Shown: positions 1-13,100 of the stretch, in pieces
Layout of the letters: each line of letters starts with the position of its first letter
How positions within the stretch are numbered: position 1 is the first letter of the stretch
DNA from: Vicugna vicugna
Taxonomy: Eukaryota
Length of the DNA stretch: 47,771 bases
Assembly (NCBI GenBank): GCA_013265495.1
Contig: MU057656.1
Location: forward strand, 62,001-109,771
Reading direction: 5' to 3'
Position numbers and translations under genes: made by a program
Notes under the pieces: generated by a model
What the model was told of the DNA's origin: nothing
Databases searched by the model: none
The model's input: the letters and a program-made list of their open reading frames with translations, nothing else

Positions 1-3000
1 TTTGGGCTGGAATACAGCCCATGACCATGTGGCTGGGAGAGGGCTTGATGCTGCTCCTGCCTGGTCAGTCATAAACATGTGACTGAGGCATTGGTCAGGG
101 CAGTGACATCACAGCCCACAGTAAAGAGAGCTGCTCCGGAACCAGTGTTGGGGGTAGGAGTGATCTGCTTGCCGGCACGCCCTGGGAGCTGCACAGATGA
201 AGACTCTAATGGAAGGCCTCTGGAAAAAGCAAGCTGAGCTTCCAAAACAGGATGAATACAGAAATAGTTCACATTAAAAGTGCACAGTCTCCAGGATACA
301 CTGACTACATCCTTGTTTAATCTGTTTCTATCTGTTCCATTTTTATTACCTGCTTAATTTTTACTTCTTAGGCAATTATATATACGCCCCCTTTTAAATC
401 CCATTGAAATTTTTTAAAAATATTTTTAATATTATTATTTTTCAAAACTCTGCTTCACCTTGCTCAACTATTATGTATTATACGATGTCTTCAAACATTT
501 ATTTCCCCCTCTTTAAAATTGTTTGTCTCCCTCTCTCTTTTTTCTGTTTTTTTAGTTGTATTACTACCTAGGTATTAGGTAGATAAACTACTTTAGGGCC
601 ACAATACATAACTGATACTCCATAAACCACAGTGCCAGAGAGGTATGAGCAAGACAAAGAAGCAGACAAACCATTACCACTTAAAAAACAAGAGAAATCC
701 CCTGAAAGAATGATAGGTGAAATATATATCAATAGCCTACTAGATCAAGATTTCAGAAGAGGATTGATCAAATGACTGAAGGAAATGAAAGATAATGTTT
801 AGAGATATAAAATAAGTTAGAAATGAAATGGAAGCTATAAGAAGAGCCGAGTAGTATAGGTAAACACATTGACTGAGATGAGTAATGATCTAAAGGGGTC
901 GCAAAGCTGACTAGATAATGCAAAGGAATGAATTATTGACCTAGAATACAGGACAATAGAAAGCACCCAATCAAAACAACTACAAGAGAAACAATGAGAA
1001 AGAAATGAAAAAAAATGAGAGACCTATGGGATAATAGAAAGCATGCCAGCATTGGCATGATACAATTCCCAGAAGGGGAGGAAAGATCAAAGGGGATTGC
1101 AAAGGTGTTTGAAGAAATCATGACTGAGAACTTCCCAAACTTAAAGAAGGAATCAGATATCCAAGTACAGGAAGCTCGCAGTGTCCCAAACAGGAAGAAC
1201 TCAAATAAACCCACAACAAGACATATAATTAAGATGGCCAGAGTCAAGGATAAAGAAACGATCCTAAAGGCAGCAAGAGAATAGCAAAGAGTGAGTTACA
1301 AGGGAATCCCCATAGGGCTCCCAGCTGATTTCACAACACAAATACTACAGAACAGAATGGAGTGGCAAGATATATTCAAAGTCCTGAATAAAAAAAGGAT
1401 ATACCCTTGGATACTTTAACCAGCAAGCCTATCCTCTTTGATAGAAGGAGACATAAAGGATTTCACAGACAAGAAAAAGCTACAAGAGTTTAGCAACTCT
1501 AGACCCATGTTAAAAGAAATATTGAAAGTCCTGCTCTAAAAAGAAAAGCAGCAGGATTCTATAGAAATTTGAAACACACTGCTGGAAAGGTGATAACTCA
1601 TGAACTACAAATAAAATAAACACAAAATTTTAAAACAAGACATACAAATCATTGAGAGTGGGAAAAGGGAGTAGGAAATTAGAGAATTTTTTCTTGGGAG
1701 GTCTTTCCTTTTAAAATGTTTGGTTCTCGGTAGGATGGTTTATGTTACTATCAGTTTAATAAAATCAGTTATACTAATGGTCTAATAGACTTATATAAAA
1801 GGGTAAAAACAAGACAAAAACATATTCAGGGAGTCACTAAACCTAAATAAATTTCATGATAATACAAAGGAAATTGACCAAACCAAAAAGTGAAGATTAA
1901 ACGAACAAAGAGGAAATACCAAATCAACTGGAATGATAAGGACAAAATGGCAATAAACACAAACATATCATCGATTATTGTAAAGGTTAATGGAGTAAAT
2001 GCTCCAGTCAATGTCATTGAGTGGCAGGCTGGATAATAAAGCAAGAACCTTCAATATGCTGCATATAAGAGACCCACTTCAGCGAGAAGGAAATATATAG
2101 TTTGAGAGTGAAAGGATGGAAAAGGGTATTCTATACAAATGGAAAAGAAAAAAAGCAGGTGTTGTAGTACTGACTTCTGACAAAATAGTCTTTAAAACAA
2201 AGGCCATAAAGAAAGATAAGGAAGGACATTTTATAATGATTGAAGCAGTGATACAAGATGAGGATATCACACTTGTTAATACATATGCATCAGATAGAGG
2301 ACTGCCTAAGTACATGAAATAATTACTAACAGATATTAAGGGGGATAGTGTTGGGAATCTAATCATAGTTGGAAATTTCAACACTGCATTAACATCACTG
2401 GACAGATCATCGAGATAGAAAATAAATTAGGCAACAGAGAATTTAAATAATACAATAGAAATATTACACTTGGTGGATATTTTCAGAGCATTGCACCCCC
2501 CCAAAAATAGTACATACATTCTTTTCAAGTGCACATGGGACATTTTCCAGGATTCATGATATACTTGGGCACAAAAGAAACCTCAGCAACTTTAAGAAGA
2601 TAGAAATTACCTCAAGCATCATTACTAAACACAATGTTATTAAGCTAGAAATCAACAACATAGAAACAAAAGAGAACAAAAGGAAAACATGGGGATTAAA
2701 CAATATGTTATTAAAAAATCTATGGGTCATAGAAGAAATCAAAGCTGAAATGAAAATGTACCTTGAGACAAAAGAAAATGAATGCAAAACCACAAAATTT
2801 TATGGGACACAGCAAAAGCAGTGTTGAGAGGGGAGTTTATAGCGATACATGCCTTCCTCATAAAGAAGAACAATCACAAATAAACAATTAAACCCATGAG
2901 GAGAATGAACTAGAAAAAGAAGAAAAAAAACCCCAAAAGACAGCAGAAGGAAGGAAATCATAAATATTGGTGAGGAAATAAATAAAATAGAGTTCTAAAA

Positions 3001-5785
3001 TACCATAGGAAATAAATCAACCATTTCAAAGGCTGATTTTTCAAAAAAGTAAGTAAAATCGACAAGCCTCTGGCCAAACTCAAAAGAAGAAAAGGGAGAG
3101 AGCACATATTATTAAAATAAGGTAGGAGAATTGGGAATTTACAGCTAATAAAATAGAAATACAGAATATCAAATGAGAATATTATGAAAAGTATATTGAA
3201 CCAAACTGGATATCCTAGAGGAGATGGACAATTTACTGGAAACATACAGTACACCAAGACTGAATCAAGAAGAAACTGACCACTTGAACATACAGAGCAC
3301 TTGAAATGAAATCAAAATAGCAATATAAAACCTCTCTACAAATAACAGTCCAGGACCGGACGGCTTCACTATGGAATTCTACCAAACATGTATCGAAGAA
3401 CTCATACCAGTCTTTCTCAAATTCTTCTAGAAGATTGAAAAGGAAGGAATACTCCCAAAGCCATTCTATGAAGCCAAAATTACTCAGATATCACAACCAG
3501 GCAAAGACAATACCAAACAAGACAATTATAAGCCTATATCGCTGATGAACACAGACGCAAATATCCTCATCAAAATAGTAGTGAATAGAATCCAAAAACA
3601 CAGAAAAAAAGATTATACATCATGACCAAGTGGGGGTTATGCCAGGGACACAGGGGTGGTTCAACATATGCAAATCAAGTCAATGTAACACAGCTTATCA
3701 ACAAGAGAAAGGACCAAAATCACATGATCATCTCATAGATGTAGGAAAACATTTGATAAAATTCAACACACACTTATGATAAAAAGTCTCACCAAAGTGG
3801 GCATAGAGGCAACATATATCAGCATCATAAAAGCTATAGATTACAAACCTACAGCCAGCATAGTACTCAAAGGTGAGAAAGTCAAAATCTTCCCACTAAA
3901 ATCTGGGACAAGACAAGGATGCACAATATCACCACTCCTACTCAACATAGTCTTAGAAGTCCTAGCCACAGAAATCAAACAAGAGAAAGAAGCAAAAGGG
4001 ATGCAAATTGGAAAGGAAAAGGTAAAAGTCTCAGTATATGCAGATGTTACTATGTATAGAATACCCTACAAGATCCAGACAAAAACTACTTCAGCTGATC
4101 GAAGAATTCAGCAATGTAGCAGGTTAAAAGATTAAGGTACAAAAATCAGTGGCATTTCATAAGCTAATGATTCAGATAACGCTATAGAGCTACAGACAAT
4201 ATGACAGCACTGTATTGGTAGGAAAAGTTACGTATAGGCCAATGGAACAGAATACAGAGCCCAGAAAGAAACCCACAAATTTTTGGTCAGTTAATCTTAC
4301 ACAAAGGAGGCAAGAAAATACAATGGAAGAGAGAAAGACTGTTCAGAAACTGGTGTTGGGAAAACTGGAGAGCAGCATTTAAATCAATGAAGCTAGAACA
4401 CTCCAAATGAAGCTAGAACACAATACACAAATATAAACTCAGAATGAATAAAAGACTTATACATAAGAAAATATTCAGTATACTTCCTAGTGGAAAATAT
4501 AGGCAAAACATTATCTTACATATGTCTCATAAATTTTCTCATAAAAAAATTAAAAGCAAGAATAAACAAATGAAACCTAATGAAACTTACAATCTTCTGC
4601 ACAGTAAAGAAACCAGAAGTCAAACAAAAATACAACCTACCGAATGGGAAAAAATCTGAATATGAAATCGACAAAGGCTTGATCTCCAGAGTATAGAAGC
4701 AGTGCATCCAACTGAATAAGAAAAAATAAATCACCCAATGCAAATATTGGCAGAAGACCTAAACAAGAAGTTCTCCAAGGAAGACATGCAAATGATCAAA
4801 AGGCACATCAGAAAATGCTCACTCACACTGATTATCAGAGAAATGCAAAAAATGGCAGAAGACCTAAACAAGAAGTTCTCCAAGGAAGACATGCAAATGA
4901 TCAAAAGGCACATCAGAAAATGCTCAGTATCACTCATTATCAGAGAAATGCAAATCAGAACTACAATGAGGTATCACCTCACAGCAGTCAGAATGGCCGT
5001 CATTCAAAAATTCACAAATGACAAATGCTGGAGAGGCTGTGGAGAAAAGGGAAACTTCCTTCACTGCTGGCGGCAATGCAGTTTGGTGCAGCCACTGTGG
5101 AAAACAGGATGGAGATTCCTCAAAAGCCTAGGAATAGACTTACCATATGACCCAGGAATCCCGCATCTGGCCATAAATCATGAAAGAACCCTACTTCTGG
5201 ATGACACATGCACCCGAATATTTAAAGCCAGCACTATTTACAATAGCCAAGATATGGAAACGGCCTAAATATCCATCAACAGTTGACTGGATTAAGAAGA
5301 GGTGGTATATTTATACAATGGAATACTGATCAGCCATATAAAGCGACAACAAAACGCCATTTTCAGCAACATGGATGATCCAGGGGAAAATCAGTTTAAG
5401 TGAAGTAAGCCAGAAAGAGAAAGAAAAATACTATATGAGATGGCTCATCAGTGGAATCTAAAAACAAAGCAAAACAAAACAAATAAAGCACAAATACAAA
5501 AGAGAAATAGACTCGCAGACAGAGAATAAAAGGTTTTGTTAGCAAAGGGGGCTGGGGGTGGGAAGAGATAGACTGGGAGGTATATATTGTAGGATAGATA
5601 AACAGGATTTTACTGTATAGCGCAGGGAAATATATAAAAGTTCGTACGGAAGCCCACAGTAGAAAAAATGGGACAAAAAATGTATATATTTTCCTTGTAA
5701 CTGAAAAACTGTGCTCTATGCTGGGATTGCAGACAACTTTGTAAAATGATTGTAAATCAATAAAGAAAACTTAAAAAAATTAAAA
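1..5785 (+). mobile_element. LINE-1, near full length (5' end beyond window), degenerate; camelid-like subfamily
   Basis: 5'UTR; ORF1 remnant ~645-1539 (RHIIIKMARVKDKETILKAARE); ORF2 remnant from ATG 1947 (endonuclease [54 protein letters not shown]-terminal [11 protein letters not shown]); AATAAA 5759-5764 and A-rich tail. Many stops and frameshifts. Confidence 0.95.
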
Positions 5786-5789
5786 CACA

Positions 5790-8700
5790 TGATCCTAAAT
5801 ATTAAATGTGTAAATATACATTACAGAGAAAAAGAGAACTATGCAAAAGAGCATGAAAACCAAAGATATTTTGTTTTTTTTTAAGATAAGCAAAGTCAAA
5901 AAACCTCTAGCCAGGTGCATCATGAAGAAAATAGAGATGCTGCAAAGAAATAAAGTAAGAAATAAAAGAAGAGAAATAACAATTCTTACCTCAGATATAC
6001 AAAAAGGGATCATTTTGACAACACTTACATTTGAATAAACTGGACAACTTAGAAGAAATAGACAAATGTCTAGAAAGAGACAGAGATAAGGAGAAACAAA
6101 TAATTTGAACAAACTGTTTTCTAGAAGAAAGAATCTGCATTTAAAAAAATCATTAAATAGAAGTGCAGATTTAAACAAATTCTGTGGAGACTATACAAAA
6201 ATACAAAGCAGAACTTATACTCTTCAAACTATTCAAAAATATTGAAGATGTGGGAAACTCCTAAATTAATTCTATGAAGAATTCATCACCCTGATAGCAA
6301 AACTAACAAAGAAACTACAGGCAAAGGGAACTTCTAGTCAATAAATTTGATAGATTTAGATGCAAAAATTCTACAAAATATTATTAGCAAACTAAATCCA
6401 GCAATAACAAAAATAAATCATTCACCATGATCAACGTGGTTTCATTCTCTTCTCACAAGAGAAGTTCAACATACACAAATCAATCAGTTTGATACACCAC
6501 ATTAGCAAAAGGAATAGAGAAAATGACATGGTCCCCCCAATAAATCCATAAAAAGTATTTCACAAAATTCAAAACTTATTCATTAAAACAACAACAACAT
6601 CAACAACAGCAACAACAACAGAAAACTCTTACCAAAGTAGGATTCAGGCAATATATCTCAACATAAATAAAGTCATTACTTAGAAACCCACAGGCAACAT
6701 AATATGCAAAAGTGAATAACTGAAAGCCAAATTAAGGAATAAGACAAGGATGCCCAATCTCAACATTTCTGTTAAACATAGTATGGGGAGTACTAGCAAC
6801 AGCAATCGGACAAGAAAAATAGTTATTCAAGTTGGATTGAATGAAGTTAAACTGTTATTATTTTAGATGACATGATAATCTATATAGAGATCCCTAAATA
6901 TTCTCCACACCAGAACAACTAAAACTAATAAAGACATTTTGCAAAGTAGCATGATTCATGATTAATATACTAAAAATGTCACATTTCTTTACACAAACTA
7001 TCAAATATTCCATAACTTAAAGAATCCATATGAAATCAGGTCATAAAATGAAAAACCTATGGAAAATCCGAGATAATAAAATCTATAGGACACTGAAAAA
7101 GAAATTTGAAGATGATGCAAAGAAATGGAAAGAAACTTCATGGTCTTAGTTTAGAAGAATTAATATTTTTAAAATATACATAGTACAAAATATGTCTACA
7201 GATATAAATTCATTCATATCCAACTACATGATATTTTCCACAGAAATTAAAACAGTCCTATGATTTGCATGGAACTGCAAAAGAACCAGAACCCCAAAAG
7301 GAACAATGAGGAAAAAGAACAAAGTTGGAGGCATAACCCATAACCCTCCCAGATCTCAGACTATAGTACAAAAATACAGTAATCAATACAGCACAATACT
7401 GGAGAACAAATAAACATCTATATCACTGGAACAGAACAGAGAGGCAGAAATAAAACATCAAAATTATGGTCAACTAAACTATGACAAAGGAAACAAAAAT
7501 ATACAATGCCTAAATAACAGTCTTCAGCAAGTGATGTTGAGAAAGCTAGAGAGCTATATGTAAATCAATCAAATTAGAACAATCACTCACACTGTACAAG
7601 AATAAATTCAAAATGTTTGAAATATCTGAATCTAATACATGACACAATAAAACTCCTGGAATTTAACATAGGCAAAACAAAACAAAAATTGTAGTAAAAT
7701 TTTCCTATGTCACACTCCCAAGCTGAAAACAATAAAGGTAAAATAAAGAAATAGGTCCTAAGTAAACTTAAAAGTTTCTACACAGCAAAATAAACAAAAT
7801 GATCAGATGAACTTTCAAACGGGAGAAAACAGTAGGAAACAATGCAATCAAGAGGTTAATTTCTAATATACACAAATATATCATACAACTCCATTTCAAA
7901 AATCTACAAACAACTCAGCCAGAAAATGAGCAGAAGACAATTCACTAAAAAAGACATACAAATGACAAACAGGAACATAAAAACGTGCTCACATTGCTAA
8001 TCATTATACAAAGGCAAGACAAAAATTATATAATATTTTACCCCACACTAGTGAGAAGGGCTGTCATCCAAATGTCTACAAATAATAAAGACTGGGGAGA
8101 TTCTGGAGAAAAAGGGACACTCCAATGCTGTTAGTGGGAATAAAAATTGGTGAAACCAGTTTGGAAACAGTATGGAAGTTCCTTTAAATAATAAATATAG
8201 ACCTATCATATGACAAAGCAATCCCACCCCTGGGCATATAAAACATAAATCCTGAAATTAAAGAATCCTAGGTTAAAATATAAGAAATACACTCTGACAT
8301 TGGACTTAATTTGATTCTACATATGTCTCCTCTGGCAAGGGAAGCAGAAGTAAAACTAACAAAATATGATTGTGTCACACTAAACAGATTTACACTGCAG
8401 AACAGACGAACAATATAATGAACAGTCAACCAACACAATGGTATAAAATATTTTCAGTTATAATTTCCAATAAAGTGTTAATATCCAAAATATATGGCAA
8501 ACTCTTAACCCCAAAACTACAACAAAAAAGAGCAAACAATTCAATTAAATAAAGTCCATAGGAAATGAATAGATAGATCTGAATCAATTTTCTGTAGAAA
8601 ACATAAAGTTTGCTATATGACATATGAAAATGTGTTCAGATTTATAAATTATTAGGATAGTCATAAACCAAAAATGAGACAATAACACACAATTGTCAGA

Positions 8701-8790
8701 AGGCTCTCACCAAAAAGAAAAGAAATAGATGTTGGTGAGATTGTGGAGAAAAAGGAACAACGTGGACACTCTTGATAGTAATGCAAAGTA
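5790..8790 (+). mobile_element. Older 5'-truncated L1 ORF2 fragments (main piece ~5790-8240, second C-terminal piece ~8240-8790)
   Basis: Degenerate ORF2 DNA (aagacaaggatgccca; ttagatgacatgata resembling the ADDM motif; ggaaacagtatggaagttcct). The ORF2 C-terminal region is read twice. Confidence 0.8.
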
Positions 8791-8846
8791 TTGATTCCAT
8801 TGCATATATACATCAAATATTTTTCATCCATTTTTCTGTCAAGGGA

Positions 8847-9299
8847 TGTTGGGATTGTAGGCCCCTGTCTGAAGGTTCTAGAGAATAAGCCCATGGGCTG
8901 AACTGATAAACAATCTGTGAGGAATGTCATAAATCCAGGCTGGATAAAAAATGGCCTACTCAATGTATCCAGTATGGATGGCTGGATAGCCTATGCTGGG
9001 TAAGATCCTCAGAGGAGGACAACCTAAGACAGGCACAGCCTGCTGGATAAGAGATGGCCTACTTAATGAAGTTCCGTGATGAAATTTGAAACAATCCTTG
9101 ATAATTTAACTTCCTACGCTTACTGTAGGAGCATGGGAAAATAAATAGCTTAAGATTATTAACATTGTTATAACATAGACTATATGTGAGGCATTGTGCA
9201 TGTCCTATATAAACCCTTCTTCTAAGATTCAATAAACAGAGAACTGCTTCACTTCTCTCCACACAGTGTTTGTGTGTAAATGATATCGTGCCACTGACA
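8847..9299 (+). mobile_element. Solo ERV LTR (~453 bp), copy A
   Basis: TG...CA termini, TATATAAA 9206-9213, AATAAA 9231-9236 followed by a GT-rich U5; flanks GGGA/GGGT (imperfect 4-bp TSD); no internal retroviral sequence. Confidence 0.8.
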
Positions 9300-9304
9300 G
9301 GGTT

Positions 9305-10170
9305 AATTTAATTTGTTGGGAGTATCTTAAAAGGATGTTCATTATATACAATGCTCTTTCTGCACATATTGAGATGATTATGTGAGTTCTTTTACTCATT
9401 CTATTAGTGTGGCATGTCACCTTTATTGATTTGAATATTTTGAAGTATCTTTAAACCCAGGGTTAAATAACTTTACTCAAATATGTTTATGATACATTAA
9501 GAGTGTTGTTGAATTCATTTTGCTTGTGTTTTGTTGAGAATTTTGGCACATATTTTCATCAGCTATAAAATTCTATATTTTGCATATAATGTCCTTTCTA
9601 GCTTTTTAAGCAAATAAATCTCACATCATAAAACTTGTTTGGAATCTTTCACCCCCTTCAAATTCTTGGAATATTTGGGGAAGTATTGGTGAATATTTGT
9701 CTTCAAATATATGACAGAATTCACCAGTAAAGTCGTCTTGTAAATTATTTCTGGTTTTCGAAGTTTGGATTATTGACTTACTCAAACAAACTTTTGCTCT
9801 ATTATCTTTCTAACTTTTCTTGATTCGGCATTGGAGGACATGTTTCTGGGAATTTGTCTTTTGTTCTAGATCATTCAAATCTTTGGCTTGTGATAATTTC
9901 TTATGGTGCTTTGCATCTCTGAAATATAAGTGGTAACATCTTCTCTTTTATTTCTAATTTTATTTGAGTCTTTACTTTCTTAGCCAACCTAAACTTTTGT
10001 CCAGTTTTTGTTAAAAATAAACATACTTAGGTGTATATTTTTTTATCTTTTCAATTGTTTCTCTTGTTATTTGCCTTACTCTCATTCATTCAATTTTCTT
10101 TTTTATTGTTTTGTTTTCTCCTAGATCCTTGAAGTGTAAAATTATGTAGTGTGAATTTTTATATTTCATT
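9305..10170 (-). mobile_element. Old L1 ORF2 fragment
   Basis: Minus-strand translation HIIISICAERAL resembles L1 RT HMIISIDAEKAF. Confidence 0.75.
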
Positions 10171-10184
10171 TATTATTAAATATT

Positions 10185-13100
10185 TTTTATTTAGTTATAA
10201 TTTATTTATTTATTTATTTTATATATTTGCATATTATTCATTTATTTATAATTGATTACTGCCATTTACAATGTGTCAATCTGTGGTGTATAGCACAGTG
10301 TCCCTGTACATGCATATATTTTTGTGCCTATTAAACATTACTTCACATTATTTAAATTACTGCCCTGTGTCATACAAGTGAAAATTTGAAAAAAATCTAT
10401 TTTTATATATAGTGGAAAAAATTTATGAATCTTCATCTTCCAAATATATCCTCTCACAGCCCCTTTCCGCAGTAATCATAAAATTGTTTAGTAGATCTGT
10501 GAGTGTGATTAAATTTTGTAGGTGAAATCATACTGTTCTCATCTAAATTTTTTTTAAGTTTCCACTTATGTCATGTAATGTATTATTTTTCTTTCTCTTT
10601 CTGACTTACTTCAATTAAAATGACACTTTTTGGGGACATCCATTTTGCTGCAAATGTCATTGTTTTTATCATTTTTTATTGCATAATATTATTCCATTGT
10701 GTAAATACGGCATAATTTCTGAATACTGTCATCTGTTGTTGGACAAATAGGTTGCTTCCATGTCATGACTGCTGTATATAGCACTGCTAAAAACATTGGA
10801 GTGCAGGTGTCTTTTTGAATTAGGGTTCCCTTTGATATACTTCCAGAAGTGGGATTGCTGGATCATATCTTAAGTCTATTTTTATTCTTTTGAGGAATCC
10901 CCATCCTGGTTTCCACAATGACTGCACCAATCTACATTACTTCCAACAGTGTAGGAGGGTCCCCTTTCTCCACAGCTTCCCCAGCATTTAATGTTTGTGG
11001 AATTTTGAACGATGGCCATTGTGATTATTGTGAGGTGATACTTCATTATAGTTTTGAATTACCCTTCTCTGATGATGATATTGAGCAATTTTTTTTCATA
11101 TATCTATGTGGCATTTGTATGTCTCTATTGAAGAATGGCTTGTTTAGGGCTTCTGCCCATTTTCAGATGGGATTTCTTGTTTTTTATTATTATTATTACA
11201 TTGTGCGAAGTCTTTATATATTAGAAAATAAGACTTTGTCAGTCACATCACTTCTAAATACTTTCTTTAAACCTGTAGGTTGTCATTTTGCTTTGTTTAT
11301 GGTTCCCTCTGCTGTGCAAAAGCTTATAAGTTTAATTAGGTCAAATTTATTAATTTTGCCCTTACATCCATTACCTGGGTAGGCTGTACTTGGAGATCAT
11401 TTCTGACATTTATCTCAGAGTGTTTTGCCTATGTTTTCTTCTAGGAGATTTACTGTGTCTTGCCTAACATAAAAGTCTTCAAGCCATTTTGAGTTTATTC
11501 TTGTGTATGCAGTGAAGGAGTGTTCTAACTCCTTTGCTGTGATGCTGCTATCCAGTTTTCCCAACAACAATTTGTGAAGAGATGGTCTTTTCTCTGTCAT
11601 ATTACTGGCTACTCTGTCAAAGATTAATAGAACATAGGCCTGTTGATTTATTCCTAGGCCCTCTATTCTGTTCCAATGGTCCATATGCCTGCTTCTGTAC
11701 CAATATCATGTCATTTTGATTACGGTAGCTTTGCAATAGCGTATGGAGACCAGTTGGTTTATTCCTCAAGACTGTTTCTTTTTCTTTATTATTGCTTTGG
11801 AAATTATGGATATTTTATGACTGTGTGTAAATCTTAGGATCATTTATTTCAGTCCCAAAAAAAAGATTTGCTTAATTTGTTAGGAAATCACATTAAGTCT
11901 GTGGATTGCCTTGAGCAGTATGACCAATTTAACCATTTTTTTCCTTCCATTACGAGACCATTGGGTATCTTTTCAATTCTTCAAATCTTTTTTGATTTCC
12001 TCAATCAATGTTTTCTCGTTCTCCATGTATAATTCATTCACCTCTTTGGTCAGATTTATTCTTAAGCATTTTATAGTTTTCGGTGCAGTTATAAAAGCAG
12101 TTGTCTCTATACTTTGTTTTCTTGTTGATTCAGTGGTAGTGTAAGGAAATGCAATTGGCTTTTTGTACATTACTCTGGGTACCTTACCCAGTTCCTTTTT
12201 TAGCCTAAGTATATTTTGTGAAGCTTTTACAGTTTTCTCTTTATAGTATCATGTCTGCATATCATGACAATTTTACCTCTTCTTTTCCAGTCTGAATCAT
12301 TTTATTTCTTTTCCTAGCCTGATCATTGTGGTTAGGAATTCCAAGACTATATTGAATTGAATTTGGGAGAATTGGCAACCTTGTCTTGTCTCACGTTTTT
12401 GTGGGAAGGGTTTCTGCTTTTCACCATTGAGTATTTTGCTGGCTATATGTTTGTCATAAATAGCTTTCATTATGTTGAGACATGGTCCCTCTATGCACAC
12501 TGTGATAAGAACTTTTATTGCAAATATGTGTTAATTTTTATCAAATGCTTTCTCTGCATCTACTGAGATGTTCATGTGGTTTTTTTGTCCTCTCTGTTAT
12601 TGATATGGTGAATCACAATTGATTGATTGATTTTCATAAGTTTAACCATCCTTCTGTTCCTGGGATGAACCTAACTTGACCATGTTTTATGATCTTTTTT
12701 TACATGCTGTTGGATTCTGTTTGTCAGTACATTCTTAAAGACATTTACATCTATGTTTATCAAGGATCTTGGCCTATAGTTTTCTTTTTGGGGTAGTGTC
12801 TTTATCTGGTTTTGGAATCAGGTTGATGTTGGCCTTACGGTGTGAGTTTGGTTGTACTGTCTCCGTATCAATCTTTTGGAAGAATTTGAGGAGGACTGGT
12901 ATGGATTTTTCTTTGTATGTTTGGTCAAATTCCCCAGTGAAACTACTTGGGTCTGAATTTTTGTTTGCAGATATTTTTTATTTTATTGATAATACTATTC
13001 CAATTCTGGTGATCTGTCTATTCAAATGGTTTATTTGTTCTTGATGAATTATTGATGGGCCGAATGTTTCCAAAATCTTCTCCATTTCTTCCTGGTTATC

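Larger units (their letters stand above)
1..12966 (+). repeat. Tandem segmental duplication, copy A (paralogous to 34929-47771)
   Basis: Same series of elements and junctions in both copies: L1 5'UTR at 1 vs 34929, LTR start at 8847 vs 43644, end at ~12966 vs 47771. Confidence 0.95.

Noticed and set aside
645..5400. Active L1 ORF1/ORF2
   Set aside because: Numerous stops and frameshifts, a broken YADD motif and a ~0.4-kb deletion; the same holds for the copy at 33970-40577.
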